This document shows positions 59,111 to 64,000 of a stretch of DNA of 64,000 nucleotides, one piece after another; position 1 is the stretch's first letter, and each line of letters starts with the position of its first letter. Position numbers and translations under genes: made by a program. The DNA is from Deltaproteobacteria bacterium (GTDB lineage Bacteria > Myxococcota_A > UBA9160 > UBA6930). The DNA lies in assembly GCA_029261795.1 (NCBI GenBank), contig JAJDAP010000035.1, positions 16,062 through 80,061 on the forward strand. The letters run 5' to 3'. The notes beneath the pieces are model-generated. The model was not told the origin of the DNA, made no database searches, and worked only from the letters and a program-made list of their open reading frames with translations.

Positions 59111-59809
59111 TCAGGCGAGGGCGCTTGCCAGGTAAGGCACCAGCTTCGACCAGGCGTCCGTCGCAGCCGCTTCGCGATAGAGTGCTTCCCGGGTGTCGTT
59201 CATGAAGGCGTGACCCGCGCCGGGATACAAGACGACCTCCCCGGACTGCGGTGCCGCGATCAAGGCCTCCCGCAATGCCGCGACGTCGCTGACCGGGATG
59301 ATGGCATCCTGCTCCCCGTAGAAGCCGAGCACCGAACAACCGAGATCCTCCAGGGCGTCGAGCGGTTGGCGGGGCTTCTTCTCCGAATCGAGCCCCTCCG
59401 CATAGCGAACCATTCCGTAGAAAGGCGCGCAGGCCGAAAGTCCGCGACAGGCGCATGCGGAGAGGAGGGCATATTGACCGCCCATGCAGAAGCCGGTGAC
59501 CCCGATCTTGCGCCCGGCGCTCGCGGCGTGGGTGCCGAGATGGTCGATGCCGTCTTGCACGGTCTCGAGAACCAGCGGATCCGAAAGGCGAGCGATCCAG
59601 CCCATCGCTTCGGCCGGCTCGGAGAAATCGTCCTTCCCGGTCTTGCGATAGGGGTCGATCGCGAGGACAGTGAAGCCCTCTGCCGAAAGCCGGGCCGCGA
59701 GATCGCGGTAGTGGTCCGAAAGGCCCCAGACGTCAGGAATCATCACGACACCAGGGCTCGGGCCCGCGTCGGGCGCCGCCAGGAATCCGAGCGCGCTCTC
59801 GTCTTGCAT
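59111..59809 (-). CDS. dienelactone hydrolase family alpha/beta hydrolase
   Basis: Nucleophile elbow GFCMGG, 232 aa. Confidence 0.75.
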   Translation of the reverse strand: MQDESALGFLAAPDAGPSPGVVMIPDVWGLSDHYRDLAARLSAEGFTVLAIDPYRKTGKDDFSEPAEAMGWIARLSDPLVLETVQDGIDHLGTHAASAGRKIGVTGFCMGGQYALLSACACRGLSACAPFYGMVRYAEGLDSEKKPRQPLDALEDLGCSVLGFYGEQDAIIPVSDVAALREALIAAPQSGEVVLYPGAGHAFMNDTREALYREAAATDAWSKLVPYLASALA

Positions 59810-60012
59810 TCGTCAGGTACTCCGGTCGAGTCGGGGCAGGCCTGCCTACGGAAACGTCGGCTCGGCGTGCGGCCCGGGGCGCCGGCAAGATAGGAATCCG
59901 GCCCCGCGCCGCCATTGACCGCGTGGCGAGGCCGGGCGGTGACCTCTAGATTTCGGCGCCTTCGAACCCCCAGAAGCCCCAGCCAAAGCGGGGGTGCGCA
60001 TGCGGAGAACCC

Positions 60013-61077
60013 ATGGCCGACGAGACCGGACTCTTCATCGACGACCTGACCGCGGGCCGCCAGGTCCCGGGCGGCGCGATCTCGGCGAACCTCTCGATCT
60101 CGCCGACCGATTTCGAGCGGCGCTTCGGGCGGCTCTTCTGGCGGCCCGAGGGCAGCCTCGATCCGATCTACTACAAGCTCGCGGCCTTCTGCAAGACGAC
60201 CGCGGTCAGCGAGAATTCTCCGGCGAATCTGGGTGCCAAGAACGTTCGCTTCCACCAGGCGCCGACCACGCTCGACGATGTCGCGAACACCACCGTGCTC
60301 GGCCGGAAGTTCCGCGAGACCGGCGCGGCGACCGGCGTTTGCCAGGTCCGCAGCCAGATCGGCCCGGACGGAGCCGATCCGGTGCTCTCTTGGAGCCGCG
60401 AGTGCATCGTCAATGGCCGCAGCGGCTGGCGCTTGCCCGATGATGGCACCTCGCTGGATGACCGCGAGAAGATCGCGGTCGCTTTCGACGCCGGCGAAGT
60501 CGAACTCGCTGCCAACGTGCCGTCCGACCTCCCGGCCGGCGCCCTGGCCGCCAGCGATTTCAAGGTCGGCGAGCCGATCCCGACCGGCCGGATCAGCGTG
60601 CTGCGTCCAGACGAGATCTTCTGGCTCACGCGTGGCCTCGGCAACCTGGCCAAGACGCACTACACGCGAGACTCCGGCTACATCGTCTGGGGACTCCTGA
60701 CGCTGCTCTACGGCGTATGGAACTACGCCGACCGATTGCGCGGCTGCCAGCTCCTGGGCTTCGACGTAGCCAAGCACATCGCCCCCGTCTATCTCACCGA
60801 GCAGGTGCGCGAAGAAGAGCACACCACGAGCGAAGCGCCGGCGCCGCCCGAGTTCCTCTCTTCGACCTTGACGCCGCGCGAGGTCGAGGACTATCCCGGC
60901 CGACCCGGCGTGAAACTCGTGACGGCCGCACTCGACGTCTACAACAACGTGAATGAGATCGGCGTCGCCGAGTACGAGCGGCAGAAATCCACCAAGGCAC
61001 TGGGCGGCATCGCCGAAGACGGCCGGCTCCAGGTCGGCGACTATGTGCTTCGCCTCGCCGCCTTCGAGCGGGCTTGA
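60013..61077 (+). CDS. hypothetical protein (no recognisable family)
   Basis: 354 aa with coding-like composition. The 4-bp ATGA overlap with the downstream SRPBCC gene suggests an operon. The antisense 359-aa ORF is R-rich and spurious. Confidence 0.4.
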   Translation: MADETGLFIDDLTAGRQVPGGAISANLSISPTDFERRFGRLFWRPEGSLDPIYYKLAAFCKTTAVSENSPANLGAKNVRFHQAPTTLDDVANTTVLGRKFRETGAATGVCQVRSQIGPDGADPVLSWSRECIVNGRSGWRLPDDGTSLDDREKIAVAFDAGEVELAANVPSDLPAGALAASDFKVGEPIPTGRISVLRPDEIFWLTRGLGNLAKTHYTRDSGYIVWGLLTLLYGVWNYADRLRGCQLLGFDVAKHIAPVYLTEQVREEEHTTSEAPAPPEFLSSTLTPREVEDYPGRPGVKLVTAALDVYNNVNEIGVAEYERQKSTKALGGIAEDGRLQVGDYVLRLAAFERA

Positions 61078-61718
61078 TGACGCGCTGGATCGCCCTGGGG
61101 CTGGCCTGCGCCTTGTCTTGCGGGGCCTCGGCTTCGAACTTCGCTCCGCTCAGTGACCAGGAGTGGAAGCGCCTGCGTGCCGGCGAGGTCATCGTGACCC
61201 CGTCGCGGGACGCAGTGGACGGCGCCTATCTGGTGACGATCTCGGGGCTCTATGAGGAAGCACCGGACGTCGTATGGGACGTGGTTGCCGACTGCGGGCG
61301 CTTCCACGAGTTCATGCCGCGGATGACCGTAAGCGAAGTCAGCACCGCCCCCGACGGCTCGACGATCTGCAGCACCGTGAGTGACATGCCGATGCCCCTC
61401 TCCGACCTCGTCTCCTCGGTTCGGACCTGGACCGAGACGCTGGCTGAGGGGAGCTTCCTACGCGCCTTCGAGCAGATCCCGGGAGAGTGGTCCTACCGAC
61501 GAAACGAAGGCCGCTGGCTGGTGAGCCCCCACGATGGACCGGGCGGGCGCACGTTGCTGCGCTACCGACTCGCCGTGGTGCCCCGAATGCGGGTCCCCGA
61601 GTTCATCGTCCGCGCCGCCCAGAGCCAGACGGCGCCCCAGAGCTTCGAAGCCATCCGCGTCGAGGCCCGCAAGCGGCGCCCCTCGGCGGTCTCCGCGCCG
61701 CCGGTATCGCAGCACTAG
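61074..61718 (+). CDS. secreted SRPBCC (START/polyketide-cyclase-like) family protein
   Basis: Signal peptide MMTRWIALGLACALSCGASA. The alpha/beta-grip domain assignment is from pattern only. Confidence 0.45.
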   Translation: MMTRWIALGLACALSCGASASNFAPLSDQEWKRLRAGEVIVTPSRDAVDGAYLVTISGLYEEAPDVVWDVVADCGRFHEFMPRMTVSEVSTAPDGSTICSTVSDMPMPLSDLVSSVRTWTETLAEGSFLRAFEQIPGEWSYRRNEGRWLVSPHDGPGGRTLLRYRLAVVPRMRVPEFIVRAAQSQTAPQSFEAIRVEARKRRPSAVSAPPVSQH

Positions 61719-61729
61719 AGCGTCCGACG

Positions 61730-62899
61730 CTAGTCGGGCAGGATCGCCTTCACGGCATCGGGCATCTCGTCTGCGATGCGCACGATCGGAATCCCGGTCT
61801 GGCTGTTGTGATGCATCTCGGCATGTGCGCGGGGCAGGTCTTCCCAAGCGTAGATCTCCTTGTGGATCGTCGGCTTGAAGACCGAGCCGTAGAGTTCGGT
61901 CGCTGCAGCGGCACCCTCGGCGGTCTCGTAGTGGGTGTGGTCGATCGTGACCTGCTTCACCGACATCAGCGTCGAGTTGTAGTCGACCTGCTGCGAAAGC
62001 TGCCAGCCAGCGGAGACGTTGACGCCCTGGCGCGAGGAGACGGCGAGCCCGGCCGCGAAACAGGGCCCACGCAACATGTCGCAGACCACATGGAACTGCT
62101 CACCACCGGTCAGGCCCCGCGTGTGCTTGGAGAAGGCGCGAACATCGTCCCGCGAGGCGAAGCGATTGAACTGCTTCTGGTCGATGCCGATGATGCCGTG
62201 CGCCTCGAGGGATTTCCGGCGCTCGGCACTTCCTGCGCAGAAGAATGCGTTGTGTCCCTGGGCCTTGGCGAGCATCAGGAAGAGCTCGCCAACGCCGCCA
62301 CCGAAACTCATGACGTTGAGCCGGGCCTTGTGCTCGCTCGAGACCTTCAGGCGATAGATGCCGAGCGCGCGGCGCCAGAGATGATAGGCGGTGGGCGCCC
62401 GCAGCGGCAGCGCCGCGATCTCCCAGAGGTTCAGCCCACAATCGAGAGGCGCCTGGATCAGCTGCCATTGGTCGACGACGGCCTCCTTCGAATACCAGCC
62501 GGTCGACTCCTCGGCGTCGTAGCCGAAGATGCGCAGCGGGTAGCCGTACTCGTCGGGTCCACCGTTGCAGTGGGTGATGACGATGTCGCCGGCCTTGAAC
62601 CTGGTGACGCCGTCGCCGACTTCGAGCACTTCGCCGGTGGCGCTGTTGCCCGGGTAGATCTTGCCGCCCCGGACATCGGCGATATTCACGGTGTCGGCCG
62701 TCGAGGCGTGATCGATATTGTGCTCGGCCGAAACCGCGAGCACCCGGAAGCGCACGTCGGTGTCGCCGAGTTCGGCAAGCGCCAGCGTATCGAGCTGGAT
62801 CACCTTGGCGACGTCGAAATCCTCGCCGCTCTTGTCGGCGCGCTCTCGCTCCTGGGCAATGGCATCGCTGCTGATCGAATAGGCGGGAACGCTGGCCAT
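61730..62899 (-). CDS. MDR-superfamily zinc-type dehydrogenase/enoyl reductase
   Basis: GroES-like N-domain and a Rossmann domain (MSFGGGVGELFLMLAKAQG), 389 aa. Confidence 0.65.
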   Translation of the reverse strand: MASVPAYSISSDAIAQERERADKSGEDFDVAKVIQLDTLALAELGDTDVRFRVLAVSAEHNIDHASTADTVNIADVRGGKIYPGNSATGEVLEVGDGVTRFKAGDIVITHCNGGPDEYGYPLRIFGYDAEESTGWYSKEAVVDQWQLIQAPLDCGLNLWEIAALPLRAPTAYHLWRRALGIYRLKVSSEHKARLNVMSFGGGVGELFLMLAKAQGHNAFFCAGSAERRKSLEAHGIIGIDQKQFNRFASRDDVRAFSKHTRGLTGGEQFHVVCDMLRGPCFAAGLAVSSRQGVNVSAGWQLSQQVDYNSTLMSVKQVTIDHTHYETAEGAAAATELYGSVFKPTIHKEIYAWEDLPRAHAEMHHNSQTGIPIVRIADEMPDAVKAILPD

Positions 62900-62960
62900 G
62901 ACGGGGGACTCCTTCGCGAGCGCGGCATCTTAGCGGCTTCGTTCGGGGCGGGGTGGCGTA

Positions 62961-62996
62961 GTACCGATCGGTACCATACATTGTACTGATCGGTAC
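62961..62996. promoter_or_regulatory. tandem 14-bp palindromic operator pair in a divergent promoter
   Basis: GTACCGATCGGTAC at 62961-62974 is a perfect palindrome. GTACTGATCGGTAC at 62983-62996 lies 22 bp away centre-to-centre, between the divergent reductase and hydrolase genes. Confidence 0.45.
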
Positions 62997-63036
62997 ATGC
63001 CCGAAAGAGAACCTCCGCGCGCCGAAGGAGCCCTGA

Positions 63037-63864
63037 ATGAATGGAAGCCCCCTGCCCCGCCCCAAGATCGAGGTTCGCACCCCGGACCTCGCATTCCCGG
63101 CCGACCTGCCCCACCACTGGCTCGCCGGAAACGCCGTCGCGACCCAGGTCTTCAACGGCCTGAACCTGGTCTTCCCCGACGGCGAGCGCTTCTTCATTCG
63201 CGCCGTGCGCGATTGCGCCGGCGATTCCCTGGACCCGGCCCTGCGTAGCGAGATCCGCGCCTTCAATGGCCAGGAGGGCCGCCACGCCTACGAGCACGAG
63301 CGCTACTTCGAGGTGCTCGAAGCTCAGGGCTATCGGGTCAAGGGCTTCCTGCGCGTGTTCCGGCGCTTCCTCGATTGGAGCAACCGGCTGATGCCCGCGC
63401 CCCTTCGCCTCGCCATCACCGCCGGCGCCGAGCACTACACGGCGACCTTCGGCGCCTTCGCCTTCGAGGATCCGTTGCTCGATCAGGCTCATCCGAGCAT
63501 GAAGAAGCTGATGCTCTGGCACGCGGCCGAGGAGATCGAACACAAGCATGTCGCCTTCGATGTGCTCCAGGCGACCCATCCGGGTGTCTGGTTGCGAAGG
63601 CTCGGCTACGTGCTCGCGACCCTCGATCTGTTCGGCTTCTCGGCATTTGCCGCGCGGATGTTGCTGCGCCAGGACGTGCAGGCGGGCCGTTTGCGCCGGG
63701 CCGATGTGAAGGGCCAGCGCGCTGCACTTCAAGCGGCGCAGGCACAGTTTGCGGAGCCGATGAAGGCGCGCGTACGCGCCTACTGGCGAGCGGACTTCCA
63801 CCCGAGCGAAACCGACGAGCGGCCGCAGGCCTATGCCAAGCTGGCCGAGCTGGGCATCGCCTAG
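63037..63864 (+). CDS. predicted metal-dependent hydrolase family protein
   Basis: 275 aa with H-x-x-E-x-x-H-rich helices (EGRHAYEHERYF, HAAEEIEHKH). Confidence 0.55.
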   Translation: MNGSPLPRPKIEVRTPDLAFPADLPHHWLAGNAVATQVFNGLNLVFPDGERFFIRAVRDCAGDSLDPALRSEIRAFNGQEGRHAYEHERYFEVLEAQGYRVKGFLRVFRRFLDWSNRLMPAPLRLAITAGAEHYTATFGAFAFEDPLLDQAHPSMKKLMLWHAAEEIEHKHVAFDVLQATHPGVWLRRLGYVLATLDLFGFSAFAARMLLRQDVQAGRLRRADVKGQRAALQAAQAQFAEPMKARVRAYWRADFHPSETDERPQAYAKLAELGIA

Positions 63865-64000
63865 CAGCCCGTTGAAAAAGTGGTCTCAATCAGTGGACAC
63901 TTGATAGTGGCGATGTTAGGATGTCCAGGCTGCAGATGAGGGGGCAACCATGGCGCTTGGGCGACGGACGGGTGCGCAGGAATCAATGTGGGTCGCGGGT

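Noticed and set aside
59743-60822. 359-aa minus ORF
   Set aside because: It is antisense to the 354-aa hypothetical and has an R/G-rich composition. The plus-strand frame has balanced composition and operon coupling to the SRPBCC gene.
63949-64000. Start of a further gene (MALGRRTGAQESMWVAG) after a GAGGGG SD
   Set aside because: Only 17 codons fall inside the window, which is too short to call. It is noted only as a possible partner of the upstream operator.

Overview
This is a high-GC (about 70%) bacterial chromosomal segment in which nearly every gene has strongly GC-biased third codon positions. Most long R/G/P-rich ORFs in the six-frame track are antisense artefacts of the real genes. 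Gene content is mostly housekeeping and energy metabolism. A partial hisS lies at the left edge. A complete alternative complex III operon (actABCDEF) is present: a pentaheme cytochrome c, a Tat-exported molybdopterin/FeS subunit, two NrfD-like membrane subunits, ActD and a monoheme cytochrome c. Other calls include a topoisomerase III (topB) with a lysine-rich histone-H1-like tail, an OmpR-type two-component pair, purU, kdsB translationally coupled to a fused membrane/spermidine-synthase-like protein, and a heterodimeric ABC exporter pair beside a PhyH-family dioxygenase and an AtoE-like transporter. Two beta-oxidation-like clusters carry five acyl-CoA dehydrogenases, two enoyl-CoA hydratases and one acyl-CoA ligase. 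A TupABC-like tungstate/oxyanion ABC transporter, several envelope proteins (FG-GAP lipoprotein, two beta-barrel outer membrane proteins, SPFH, rhomboid) and assorted enzymes complete the set. The features that annotation does not explain are all non-coding. A roughly 190-nt element occurs twice (4.5 kb and 41.5 kb) with an identical 31-nt core. A 1.1-kb promoter-less gap between purU and an M20 peptidase contains a G-quadruplex motif, an 18-bp long-range inverted repeat, a Shine-Dalgarno-led 14-codon ORF and a terminator-like multi-hairpin. A 34-bp-stem perfect hairpin separates two convergent genes. Tandem 14-bp palindromic operators lie in a divergent promoter. TTGA start/stop overlaps recur three times, consistent with TTG-initiated, translationally coupled genes. 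No CRISPR arrays, rRNA or tRNA genes, or recognisable mobile elements were seen. Start coordinates are approximate throughout.
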